Source: a virus (taxonomy: Duplodnaviria; Caudoviricetes). From it: a stretch of DNA of 59,711 bases. Made by a program: the position numbers and the translations under genes. Of this stretch, positions 43,903 to 52,907 are shown in pieces; the stretch's first letter is position 1, and each line of letters begins with the position of its first letter. The notes beneath the pieces were generated by a model that had not been told where the DNA came from, searched no databases, and saw only the letters and a program-made list of their open reading frames with translations. The DNA lies in IMG/VR virus record IMGVR_UViG_3300008448_000085, positions 1 to 59,711 of that record; one strand, 5' to 3'.

Positions 43903-44368
43903 GGTAGCTCCTTTCGTATACCGCACTGGCCTCTTCCGCGGTTTTGAAGTGCCCTAGATAAGTGGCCCGGAACCGCGCGTAGTATCCACTGCAAGACTTA
44001 GTGACGCCGCGCGGCAACCCGTTTTTTCTATTCACAACCCTGCCACAAACATTTTGCGAACGAGTCAGAGGCCGAAGGTTTTCAATCCTGCAATCGGTGC
44101 GAATGCGGTTAATGTGATCCAGTTCGCTTGGGAGCGACCCAAACTTCTGCAGCCACACAAAACGATGCAGCGATATGGGCTTCCTGGCCACTCGCGTGTA
44201 GTAGTAGCCCTTGTCGTTCTTGCGCCACGTATACCGGCTGGCTGCGGCGACGAATTCTTGGTCAACCAAGGCGTCGGCGGGGAGGGGGCGGTCTGGCGAC
44301 CGATCCCAGCGGCACCGAGATGCCGCCTGCTTAACTGGGTTTTTGGCGATATCGAACGGAAGGTCCAT
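43874..44368 (-). CDS. HNH homing endonuclease with AP2-like domain
   Basis: LHRFV...LDHINRIRTDCRIENLR; YLGHFKTAEEA. Confidence 0.9.
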   Translation of the reverse strand: MDLPFDIAKNPVKQAASRCRWDRSPDRPLPADALVDQEFVAAASRYTWRKNDKGYYYTRVARKPISLHRFVWLQKFGSLPSELDHINRIRTDCRIENLRPLTRSQNVCGRVVNRKNGLPRGVTKSCSGYYARFRATYLGHFKTAEEASAVYERSYHEYVNSSAA

Positions 44369-44374
44369 ATAGAA

Positions 44375-46393
44375 CTACTGTCCCGGGGGCTGTGGGGGAG
44401 GGCCTTCTTGGGGAGGGCCTTGTGGCGGTCCTTCCGGCTGCGGAGGGCCTGGGGGAGGCGGAGGAGGGGGAGGAGGAACGGCAAAGTCAGCCACATCCAT
44501 CTGGTTGACCTCGCCCCACTTTGCCAGAAGGGTGTTGAACAACTGAGGCTGCCCCGCCTGCAGCATGCCCTGCGCTACTGGCATCATTACCTGCATGAGG
44601 TTGTTCATGTTCTCGGTCTTGGTGGCGATGTTGGGCTTCCGTGCCGAGCCGGCCTCAACGCGGTAGTCGTACTCCCTGACGATGGCGTCTGGGTCTTCTT
44701 GGCGAACGTGCATATCCCACGCCTGCGCAGCCATGGGACCCATCAGCGGCGCAACGTCCTGCGGCTCAATCAGCCATCGGGCAAGGAGCGACTCTTTCCT
44801 GGCCACATCCGACAGAGCGTCTTCCAACGTGTTTGCGTAATCGTCAGGCCTCACCGAGATTTGCTCGGCCTTCACGTTGGCCTCTGCGGCTGACCGGAAC
44901 TGATTTCTGGTCATGCCGTAAATTAGCTCGGTCAACCCGACGCGACGGTCGAACAGCGAGGTCACCTCCGCGATGATGCGGTACATGTCCTCGGTCACGC
45001 CCGGGAGGTTAAAAACCGAGATCACATCGTTGACCGACCGGCCGATGCCTTCGGATATCTCAACGATCTTGAATCCGCCCTCGGCCTTCTCCAGCAGCTT
45101 GCTCTTGAGATTCTCGTCCGCGGCCTTGGCGACACCGATGAGAACCTGACTGGACGCTGCGATGCGGGTAGCCAAGAAGGACATCGCCCAATTAATGAAT
45201 CGCAATTCCCCAATTCCAGGCCGGATCAAGGAGATGGGCCAGGAGTACCCAGGCTTGCCATGCCACGCCAAAAGCGTGAACGGCCATCCGCCCGGCTCGG
45301 CCCAGAAGGGGATGGGCCACTGAGTGTTGACGAACAACTGCTGCGGAATGCCAGTCTCGTCCACTTCCTCTTGGAGCATCTTGGGCGGGCAGTTCAACGG
45401 GAAGTCCACGCCCTCCGCAACGACGATGTAGCAGTTGGGTCCCATAGACTCAAACTTGCCACGGAGGTCTTTGTCGGAGTCCTTGAGCCTGTCCCCGAAA
45501 CCGATCTTGGAGTAAATCTCCCAGTAGCAAATCAAGTCGGCCGTTTTGCCGGCTCGCTGCTGTTGCTTGTAGCCACGCTGGTCTTCGTTGACTCGCGAAG
45601 TGTACGACTCTGAGTGACCCTTGAGGTCTTCAACAGACAGGCCAAACTTTGCGGCCACCTCATCCACGGGCTGCACACGCTTGCGAGCCGCCCAGCGGAT
45701 GTCTTCAAACTCGTCGGCATCGGGGTCCCAGACGAGGTTGTCGATGGAGTCGAAGAACGATCCGGCCATCTTCACATTCGACCCGGGCGGCTGGTACAGC
45801 TCATGCCACCACACGCCGGCACCCTTAATGAACGCCTCTTCAACCACCTTTCGGGAATGGCGCTTGAGGTCCAGTTCGTTGGGGGTGTAGTTGAGGTAGT
45901 CCTCCAAGAGCTTGGAGACAACCTTTCGGCGCTCGTAGGCAAACTGCTGCTGCTGCATGCCTTGCTGGTAGGCCATGATGCCGGGGTCTGGCATCATTAC
46001 CGGCCGGCCGTCCGGACCAATCACTGGGCCTTGCGGACCCATTTGGGGAACCGGGGGCTGTGGGAAAATCCCCAAGAGCTGCGGGCCAACAATGGGGAAC
46101 TGCCGCGGACTGACCACCCGATTGGGGTTGCGATGGTGGATGACCGCCGAGAACAAGCGGACGGCCTCCCACACGCGGTTGACAGTCATCCGAAACGCGG
46201 GAGGGTCGATGCCGCGGTTGTAGCCCCGCTCGCCCATGGCATAGGTGTTTTCCCACATCATCGACGGGTCGCTTGCGTAGAAGCCCATCGCTTCCTTCGC
46301 ATCGTCCGTGAATGGCTTCTTGTGGGTTTCCGCCAAACCGATGAGCTTTAGCCAGCCCTTGGCAATCGGCGCAAGCGGGTTGTCATTGCTCAT
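44375..46393 (-). CDS. Portal protein
   Basis: 672 aa, downstream of terminase, helical with Pro-rich tail. Confidence 0.8.
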   Translation of the reverse strand: MSNDNPLAPIAKGWLKLIGLAETHKKPFTDDAKEAMGFYASDPSMMWENTYAMGERGYNRGIDPPAFRMTVNRVWEAVRLFSAVIHHRNPNRVVSPRQFPIVGPQLLGIFPQPPVPQMGPQGPVIGPDGRPVMMPDPGIMAYQQGMQQQQFAYERRKVVSKLLEDYLNYTPNELDLKRHSRKVVEEAFIKGAGVWWHELYQPPGSNVKMAGSFFDSIDNLVWDPDADEFEDIRWAARKRVQPVDEVAAKFGLSVEDLKGHSESYTSRVNEDQRGYKQQQRAGKTADLICYWEIYSKIGFGDRLKDSDKDLRGKFESMGPNCYIVVAEGVDFPLNCPPKMLQEEVDETGIPQQLFVNTQWPIPFWAEPGGWPFTLLAWHGKPGYSWPISLIRPGIGELRFINWAMSFLATRIAASSQVLIGVAKAADENLKSKLLEKAEGGFKIVEISEGIGRSVNDVISVFNLPGVTEDMYRIIAEVTSLFDRRVGLTELIYGMTRNQFRSAAEANVKAEQISVRPDDYANTLEDALSDVARKESLLARWLIEPQDVAPLMGPMAAQAWDMHVRQEDPDAIVREYDYRVEAGSARKPNIATKTENMNNLMQVMMPVAQGMLQAGQPQLFNTLLAKWGEVNQMDVADFAVPPPPPPPPPGPPQPEGPPQGPPQEGPPPQPPGQ

Positions 46394-46404
46394 CCAGCGT
46401 CTCC

Positions 46405-46420
46405 CTACTGTCTATTGCCC
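46405..46420 (-). promoter_or_regulatory. Putative late promoter motif
   Basis: GGGCAAT-AGACA-GTAG before portal. Confidence 0.65.
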
Positions 46421-46423
46421 GTT

Positions 46424-46744
46424 TCACGCCTTTTTGGGGGCGACGGCGTTCAGCCGCTTTTCCAGCATGGAAACACGCTCAGAAAGGACCGCCACCCGCG
46501 GATCAGCCGGCAGGGCATCCCATACGCCGGTTTCCTTCCAGGCCGCGAATTCGGCCAAGCCGGGATCGTCTCGGTGGTGGACTGAAGTCTTCTCCACACC
46601 CCCATAACCAGGAACAACAGCCCAGAGGGTCAGGGTCCTGGCAGAGGTCTGTGTGACGAATGCCATCACCGGATCAGCGCCCTCATGGGCGTAGAACCGG
46701 ACGAGATCACCGAGCTTGGTTTCGGGCATTGAGTAATCGCTCAT
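46424..46744 (-). CDS. Hypothetical protein
   Basis: ATGA-coupled to terminase. Confidence 0.7.
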   Translation of the reverse strand: MSDYSMPETKLGDLVRFYAHEGADPVMAFVTQTSARTLTLWAVVPGYGGVEKTSVHHRDDPGLAEFAAWKETGVWDALPADPRVAVLSERVSMLEKRLNAVAPKKA

Positions 46745-48423
46745 CGCTTATTTCCTTGGGGGCCAAGAATCACGCAAGAGCCTTCGGACTCCCGCTTTCG
46801 TCGCTTGCGATCCAGGTAATCAACCCACCACGGCGCCGGGCCGTAGGTCTTGGGCGGCTTGTGGTATCTCGGCTCGTTGGCGCAGAGGTACTCTAAAACC
46901 TGACACGCATGCACCTCGCCGCGAGTCTGCGGTTCGTCGGTGACATAGACCTGACCGTTGACCGTGGTGGTCTTCTTTCTGTATCGCTTGATCTCGCGCA
47001 TCAGATTGGGGCATGCACCCTCCAAGAACTTGAGCTTGGTGGTGCCGTCGCCTCGGATGTGGAGCGCCTGCCTGACCAAGGCCGTGCGGGCTTGGATGTC
47101 ATCCGATCCGGGAATGAATTGCGTGTTCGTCAGCTGGAAGCGGAACTTGCGCTTCTTGAGTTCCTCGGAGTACAGCTCATGCGGCAGCCTGCCTGAGCCA
47201 AGGTCACGCAACGCACCGCCGTGCATGTCCATGATCCCGGTGTAGATGTTCTGCTCAATGGCCTTGGAGCAGAACTGCTCTCCCCAGATCAGCGCGTTGC
47301 AGTTGCGGATGTACAGCTCGTCATAGATAAGCCAGAACCTCTCGTCCGGAGGGACGGCAAGGAACAACGTCGCCATCACCGCGTGGCCAGGATCGATCCC
47401 CACATACCGGGTCCAGTCTGCGGGGACTTGCCCATCGGGGAGTTCCGACCGAGACAGCATGTGGACCGACGCATTGAAGGTCGGATACATGAGCGTGGAT
47501 TCAGTGGTGAACTCGCCCTCGGCACGCATGCGGAGTTCGTCCATGCCGAGAGCCGACCAGCGTTCGATGTTCTTCTTCTTCTCGTCCGAGTCGATATGCG
47601 CGTTGTCCAAAAAGCGCAGGACGAATTTCCTGATGATCGGGTCTTTGACGCCATCCTCCTCCGCCTTGTCGGCTCGGTCGCACAGCCCAAGGAGAGCGTC
47701 ATTCTTGGACCACGGCATGGCCGACCAGACGAAGCGCCCCTTGCGATCCGACAGCCGGGCCTGCATCTCACCGACCCACCGCTCCGAAGAAATATCCTCG
47801 TCGATGTGGACCAAATCGGCCTGAAAACCTTGGGGCGGTTCGCCCTCAGAGGAGAAGCAGTAGATGGTCCATCCGTTGGTTAACTCAGCCTTGTTGAGGT
47901 AGCCGGCGTTCTTCTGGACCCAAGACATGTCCTTGATCATTCTCGGGGGAATGAGCGGCGGCGCGGGCTTGGATTCTTTCTTCCGCGCCTCATCGGTGTT
48001 GGGGTTGAACGCTCGCCACTTGCCGGTGACCTCGTCTCGGATGATCCGAAATGCCCCGGCCTTGAACAGCATTGGGTAGACCACCATGCCAATGTGGGTC
48101 CACCCCTTGCCGATGATCACCAAGTTCCCGCCTTCCTTGGGATACTTGCCGTATGGGTCCTGCCCGGTGGCGGCGCGAGCGTCTTCGATGAACGTACACG
48201 CCGATTTTCCGCTGCGGTTTCCTCCGATTACCAATCGCTCGCTCGCAGTGCAGGCGTGAAACTCTTCCTGCTTTGGCATGGGCACCCACAGACGAAGAGC
48301 CTCAAGGCGACGTTCAGCCAGTTCGGCTTGAACGTCCTTCATCTGCGAAAGAGCGTGTTGCGTTAGCCCGCCGATGGGACCGTCAGGCGTCGGCGGAGGA
48401 GGTATCTTCGGGTGCTTTCGCAC
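46741..48423 (-). CDS. terL: Terminase large subunit
   Basis: Walker A GGNRSGKS, Walker B LVHIDE, nuclease GIDPG. Confidence 0.92.
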   Translation of the reverse strand: MRKHPKIPPPPTPDGPIGGLTQHALSQMKDVQAELAERRLEALRLWVPMPKQEEFHACTASERLVIGGNRSGKSACTFIEDARAATGQDPYGKYPKEGGNLVIIGKGWTHIGMVVYPMLFKAGAFRIIRDEVTGKWRAFNPNTDEARKKESKPAPPLIPPRMIKDMSWVQKNAGYLNKAELTNGWTIYCFSSEGEPPQGFQADLVHIDEDISSERWVGEMQARLSDRKGRFVWSAMPWSKNDALLGLCDRADKAEEDGVKDPIIRKFVLRFLDNAHIDSDEKKKNIERWSALGMDELRMRAEGEFTTESTLMYPTFNASVHMLSRSELPDGQVPADWTRYVGIDPGHAVMATLFLAVPPDERFWLIYDELYIRNCNALIWGEQFCSKAIEQNIYTGIMDMHGGALRDLGSGRLPHELYSEELKKRKFRFQLTNTQFIPGSDDIQARTALVRQALHIRGDGTTKLKFLEGACPNLMREIKRYRKKTTTVNGQVYVTDEPQTRGEVHACQVLEYLCANEPRYHKPPKTYGPAPWWVDYLDRKRRKRESEGSCVILGPQGNKR

Positions 48424-48580
48424 TCCATTCACCGCAGGCGTTATGGGATTCAATCACGGGGAATGCGCAAGTACTTTGGTCAGCCCACGCTGGGGGGAAC
48501 CTCTTGCACAGCCCGATGTTCAGTTGCTGGTGTTCCGGGATCGTCTGGAACCACCAACGGCAATCCTGGCACTGCATCAA
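48383..48580 (-). CDS. Small Cys-rich protein
   Basis: CQDCRWW...GLCKRFPP...CGEW. Confidence 0.7.
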   Translation of the reverse strand: MMQCQDCRWWFQTIPEHQQLNIGLCKRFPPAWADQSTCAFPVIESHNACGEWSAKAPEDTSSADA

Positions 48581-49080
48581 CCACCTCTACCTTCTGGATG
48601 TAACTCAACCCATCCCCAGTTCTTGCCGGCATGGATCAGCGAGATGGCGGTCTGGGTGACGCCGAACCATCTCGCCAGAAATCCGCATGGGCCACCGCGC
48701 TGCCCTCTCATCGGAGGATTCCTCTTTAGGAACTTCTTGATCAGCCTGGCCTCCAGCTCAGTTAGCTTGGAGTTGCTGCTTTTTTCGCCCCGCACGGATC
48801 TGCCCTTGGCCACCTTGTCCGACATATTGTCGGCTGAAGTTCCCAAGAATAGGTGCTGCGGATTGACGCAGGCCGGATTGTCGCAGTGGTGGCAGACAAG
48901 CATGCCATTGGGTATGGCGCCAACAAACTCTGAATACGACACGCGGTGAGCGTATCGCGTCTTGCCCTTGTAGCTGATCGCGCCGTAGCCGGTGTCAAAG
49001 CGGGCCGCTGTCCATTCCCAGCATCCGCTGCTACGGACGGCAACCTTACTCGCAAGTCTTTCTTTAGCTGATTGTCGCAT
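48577..49080 (-). CDS. HNH homing endonuclease
   Basis: CWEW...AHRVSY...VCHHCDNPACVNPQHLFLGT. Confidence 0.92.
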   Translation of the reverse strand: MRQSAKERLASKVAVRSSGCWEWTAARFDTGYGAISYKGKTRYAHRVSYSEFVGAIPNGMLVCHHCDNPACVNPQHLFLGTSADNMSDKVAKGRSVRGEKSSNSKLTELEARLIKKFLKRNPPMRGQRGGPCGFLARWFGVTQTAISLIHAGKNWGWVELHPEGRGG

Positions 49081-49087
49081 CAAAATC

Positions 49088-49648
49088 TCACTGCTCTTGC
49101 TGGGAAGCGGTTGGCTCTGCGGCCGGCGTCGGCAGAAGTGCGGGCGCCGCATCGACAACCTCAACCCTCTGAATGGTCATTGCGGCCTCCAGCACCTGCC
49201 GCCTGAGTTCTGCCTCAAGCTCTTCCTCGCTCATAAGCTCTAGTGGCTTCTTAGCGCCCCCCATGGCAGTGTTGCCCGTCACAAGCCGCACAACCGAATC
49301 CAGCATTTTGGTGCGAAACGCTCCTCCGACAGGCGCGTCGAAGTACTGCTTGAGAAATGCGTTGGCAAACCCACGCACGCCGCCGAAGTACTCCATGAGA
49401 ACTTCCAGCAGCTCGGACGAGTGGGGGATGTTTGCCCCGCCAATCCGTGCCGATGAGACGAAGAGGTCCACGGCCCCCTTCTCAATCTCGGCTAGCTTCT
49501 TGTTCTGCTTCTTCTGGCGAGACGATCTGCCCTGCTTGTTCCGGCACTTGCGGCACCGGGAGTGAAGACCGTCCTTGGACTTGTGGAAGTTCGCCGTGGT
49601 GGCGGGATAAGAAGTCCCGCACTCTACGCAAGCCTTGTAGTCAGACAC
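49088..49648 (-). CDS. Zn-finger protein, terminase small subunit candidate
   Basis: CVEC...CRKC; LELMSEEELEAEL tail; upstream of terL. Confidence 0.5.
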   Translation of the reverse strand: MSDYKACVECGTSYPATTANFHKSKDGLHSRCRKCRNKQGRSSRQKKQNKKLAEIEKGAVDLFVSSARIGGANIPHSSELLEVLMEYFGGVRGFANAFLKQYFDAPVGGAFRTKMLDSVVRLVTGNTAMGGAKKPLELMSEEELEAELRRQVLEAAMTIQRVEVVDAAPALLPTPAAEPTASQQEQ

Positions 49649-50525
49649 TGGCCGGCAGGCGTCTCAGAATGTCCTGGGGAGCTTTGAGGTCCACCAGCTT
49701 TACGCTGGAGTCCACGTTGGCCTCAAAGGACTGCCTCATCTTCTGGGCCACTTGGCTGGCGTCGATGAATTGTGGCTTGCCAACACACTTGGGCTTCCAG
49801 TGACCAGCCCAAGCGTCCCAGTTGCAGTAGACCGGGTTGTAGCCCAGCTTCTGTGTTCCAACGAGGGAGAGGTCGCGGGTCTGCGTCACATCTTCAGTGG
49901 AGGCCTTCTCGGCACAGAACATGTCCTTCCACTCGTAATAGAACCACGGCCTGTCTTCCGCCGTCTTTGGTTCCGTAAGTTCAAACGCCCGCATGTCGTA
50001 CATGATCAGGCCGGTCGGAAGCGCAGCACACTCTTGGATGCCGGCCAGCTTCACGGCGGTGTGCCGGTCGTACATCTCCAGCTGGAAGTCGGGATTGGGG
50101 TTCTCGGATTGCATGTGCTGCCACCGGAACACATAGACACACTCCACTGGCGGAGGCCCGCAATAGGGGGCGCCGATGACGCATGGCCCCTTGGGATAGT
50201 GATCCACCAAGAAGTCAAAGGACGAAGTGAAGAACGGCTTTGCGGCTGGGTCTTGCCCCATGAGGATGTCGGGCTTCATGTCCGAGTCCACCATCACCAG
50301 AACGTCAACGTCGTTCTGCCGGGCCATGAGGACGGCCCGGTTGCGAGTCATGGTGATTGGCGTGTCGGCCAAGTTCCAGACGCGGATGGTGCCGATCCGT
50401 TCGTCTTGAGAGGCGTTGGCAACGAGGGGAACCATCCACTCTCGGATGTCGGGAACCTCAGAGGAGATTCCGCCGTTGCCGCCGTAAGAGAAAGTGCAGA
50501 TACCGACGTTGAACTTTTGCTGCAT
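49641..50525 (-). CDS. Glycosyltransferase (GT-A fold, family 2-like)
   Basis: TRNRAV...VLVMVDSD (DxD)...PTGLIM...TED. Confidence 0.8.
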   Translation of the reverse strand: MQQKFNVGICTFSYGGNGGISSEVPDIREWMVPLVANASQDERIGTIRVWNLADTPITMTRNRAVLMARQNDVDVLVMVDSDMKPDILMGQDPAAKPFFTSSFDFLVDHYPKGPCVIGAPYCGPPPVECVYVFRWQHMQSENPNPDFQLEMYDRHTAVKLAGIQECAALPTGLIMYDMRAFELTEPKTAEDRPWFYYEWKDMFCAEKASTEDVTQTRDLSLVGTQKLGYNPVYCNWDAWAGHWKPKCVGKPQFIDASQVAQKMRQSFEANVDSSVKLVDLKAPQDILRRLPASV

Positions 50526-50550
50526 AAAACACCTCGGGGGTTGGTGTATA

Positions 50551-50578
50551 AGTGTACAGTAAACTAGAAATCAGTCAA
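50551..50578 (-). promoter_or_regulatory. Promoter TTGACT-N16-TACACT
   Basis: Upstream of glycosyltransferase. Confidence 0.65.
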
Positions 50579-50581
50579 GCG

Positions 50582-51757
50582 TTATGCGCGGACCTGCCGC
50601 GGGCGCTGCATGAGTGTCCAGCCATTGCGATCATCGCCCCGTTCCAACTCCTGCATCTTTTGCCTCGCGTTTCCGGCGGCAGGGCCTTCCGTATTCATCG
50701 CCCAATCCTTGACCCTTGGAGATGAAAGATAGTCTTTCCAGAATTGCTTAGTCTTGGCATCCATTGGCGTCTTGCCTTGCGGCGGCATGGTCGTTAATTT
50801 CTGCGATGGCGGGCTTGGCACTCCCGGCTGGTAATACGGTGGCTTGCTTGGGCCGCCTTGAGACTCAAGCCACCTGTCGTATGCCGCCGCCTCAGAGATG
50901 GACCCGAAGCCCGTGCCGTCGATCCTTGATTTCCCGATCTGCATCAGTTGAATTTCCGGATTTCCGGGCTTTCCGGCTGCGGCCCACTCGCTCAATCGGG
51001 AGCCGGACTGGGTTCCTTGCGATGGCGTCGGCTGGCCCTGGTGCGGCGAATGCCCCCAAGTGCCACCAGGATAGGCGTAGGTGGTTGAGGCGTAAGGGTC
51101 GGCAGGCTGTTGGTATGGGGTTACTGGCGGTCGGTACGCAGGGTTCGGCTGCATGGTGTCAGTGAACGGCAGCTTTGTGAGATCGGTTCCGGCGGCGTAC
51201 ATGCCAGCAAACTGCGGGGCAGACTGCGGCGCAAAAGCGAACGGGTTGCCCTGACCGCCAAACGATTGGTTCAGCCGGCTGATCATGCTGTCGCCATAGT
51301 TGGGCGACATGGAGGGGGCGCCATTACCAAGGCCCGCCTGCTGCATGGCCTTCTGGTAGTCGATTCCCGGGGTTAGGCCTGCCGCAGGGTTGGTAGCGCC
51401 ACCAGTATTGAAGGCCAGCTGGTTCTGCATCCGCTGCTGGTTGATCTGGTTGATGAACGCAGTTCGCTCAACAAACGGGTCGTTGCTTGGACCCCATGGG
51501 GTTTGTGCGGGGGCGGCTTGAAACGGCGCAGGCCTGTAGGCGCCGTATCCTCCAGTGGCTCCACCGCCCTTGGCTTGCGGCACAGAGTAGGACGGGTACG
51601 GCGTTCCTTGAGACTTGGGCGCTATGGACTGGGCCTGCCCTGGGGCTGGCTGACTAGCCGATGGCCTTTTGGAATAAGCCCAGTTGCCAGCGCCCCACTG
51701 CGAATCGTTTCGCTGATTATTGGCGGCAGATGGCTGTGGGCCAAAGGGGGTTCGCAT
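50582..51757 (-). CDS. P/Q/G-rich disordered protein
   Basis: 391 aa low complexity; GGAGG RBS. Confidence 0.7.
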   Translation of the reverse strand: MRTPFGPQPSAANNQRNDSQWGAGNWAYSKRPSASQPAPGQAQSIAPKSQGTPYPSYSVPQAKGGGATGGYGAYRPAPFQAAPAQTPWGPSNDPFVERTAFINQINQQRMQNQLAFNTGGATNPAAGLTPGIDYQKAMQQAGLGNGAPSMSPNYGDSMISRLNQSFGGQGNPFAFAPQSAPQFAGMYAAGTDLTKLPFTDTMQPNPAYRPPVTPYQQPADPYASTTYAYPGGTWGHSPHQGQPTPSQGTQSGSRLSEWAAAGKPGNPEIQLMQIGKSRIDGTGFGSISEAAAYDRWLESQGGPSKPPYYQPGVPSPPSQKLTTMPPQGKTPMDAKTKQFWKDYLSSPRVKDWAMNTEGPAAGNARQKMQELERGDDRNGWTLMQRPRQVRA

Positions 51758-51906
51758 CAGACATCCTCCTGCTTGGCGGAATCAGTTCCCATGCCCGACC
51801 CCTGCAGCATGCGCAGCTTGGCCATGTCCGCGTACGGATTCTCCTGCCGAGCCTCGGCAATGAGTTGACGCAAGAAGTCCAGGTTCTGGACGGCTGAATC
51901 GCTCAT
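51757..51906 (-). CDS. 49-aa protein MSDSAVQNLDFLRQLI...
   Basis: TGATG-coupled; alternative in-frame ATG at 51927. Confidence 0.55.
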   Translation of the reverse strand: MSDSAVQNLDFLRQLIAEARQENPYADMAKLRMLQGSGMGTDSAKQEDV

Positions 51907-51929
51907 AAGAAAAAGTAGTTCGTCCATTT

Positions 51930-51969
51930 AAAAGAAAACAGCCGGCCGGCTTGCGCCTGCACCGGCTGT
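51930..51969 (-). terminator. Intrinsic terminator after capsid genes
   Basis: ACAGCCGG...CCGGCTGT + TTTCTTTT. Confidence 0.7.
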
Positions 51970-51995
51970 CCCCCGAAAGCCCGTAAGGGCAATGC

Positions 51996-52247
51996 TCACG
52001 TTCCAATCAGGCCGTAGTTCTGAAGAGCAACCTTGAGGCTGGCGTAGTCAGTCACGGCGGCGCTTGTGGCTCGCGTGGAGCCGGTAGCACCAAAGAAACC
52101 AACAGTCCCGCCAGAGACGCCAACATTGGTGTTGGTGGCCGCAATCGTCAGGGCGTTTGTAGCGCCCGTCAGGTGCTGCAGTTCGTCCCAGATGGTGTTG
52201 GCAAGCTGCTGGTTGGCCAGCCCGATGATCAGCTGATTTCTGCTCAT
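51996..52247 (-). CDS. Small head fibre/decoration protein
   Basis: VGFFGAT...LQNYGLI. Confidence 0.65.
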   Translation of the reverse strand: MSRNQLIIGLANQQLANTIWDELQHLTGATNALTIAATNTNVGVSGGTVGFFGATGSTRATSAAVTDYASLKVALQNYGLIGT

Positions 52248-52254
52248 CAGTACC

Positions 52255-52890
52255 TCACGCGATTGGAGTGGTGATCAACGCCAGGACCGACGAGCCGTCA
52301 GCCGTGGTGCCGGCCGAGATGGCATAGCCGATGACGCCGCGGCCGGTGTTGTCGATGCCGGTCACGCCAGCCAGCGCGCTGGGCGTAGCCCGGCCCGCCG
52401 TGGTGCTGGTGGTCGCCGCTGCCGTGATGGCAGCCAAGCGGTTGCCGGCAGCGATGGCCGTTCCGGAAAGAGCAGCAACAACTTCCGTGGGGCCGTTGAC
52501 GGTCACCCAGAAGATGTCGTTCACCGCCACGCCCGACGCCGGCAGCCACTCATCCACCACGCCAACTCGCTCCTCGTTGGTCACGGCCGAGTAGCCGTTG
52601 ACTTCCGTGAAGACCTTGCCAGCGGCGGTGTTGAACGCCACCAAACGCTTCGGCAGCAGGGCGACCGTAGACGTGTTCTTCACGGCAACGCACACCTTGC
52701 GGCGGTTGGTGCGAACCTGACCGTTGATCGGATTCACATCCGTGAACTCCTTCACAACGCCAAGAAAGTTGTCGCCGTACGAGGCGGCAGACTGAAGGCC
52801 GTGGTAGCTGTCGTTCTTGAGCGTCTCGGACGGGCCGAGCGAGAACCAAGTCTGACCAAGACCGAATGGAGGATCAACCTGCAGACCCAT
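52255..52890 (-). CDS. Capsid cement/decoration protein
   Basis: Directly after MCP; GVVDEWL...DIFWVTVNGP. Confidence 0.7.
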   Translation of the reverse strand: MGLQVDPPFGLGQTWFSLGPSETLKNDSYHGLQSAASYGDNFLGVVKEFTDVNPINGQVRTNRRKVCVAVKNTSTVALLPKRLVAFNTAAGKVFTEVNGYSAVTNEERVGVVDEWLPASGVAVNDIFWVTVNGPTEVVAALSGTAIAAGNRLAAITAAATTSTTAGRATPSALAGVTGIDNTGRGVIGYAISAGTTADGSSVLALITTPIA

Positions 52891-52907
52891 AGCTATCTAT
52901 TCCTTTC

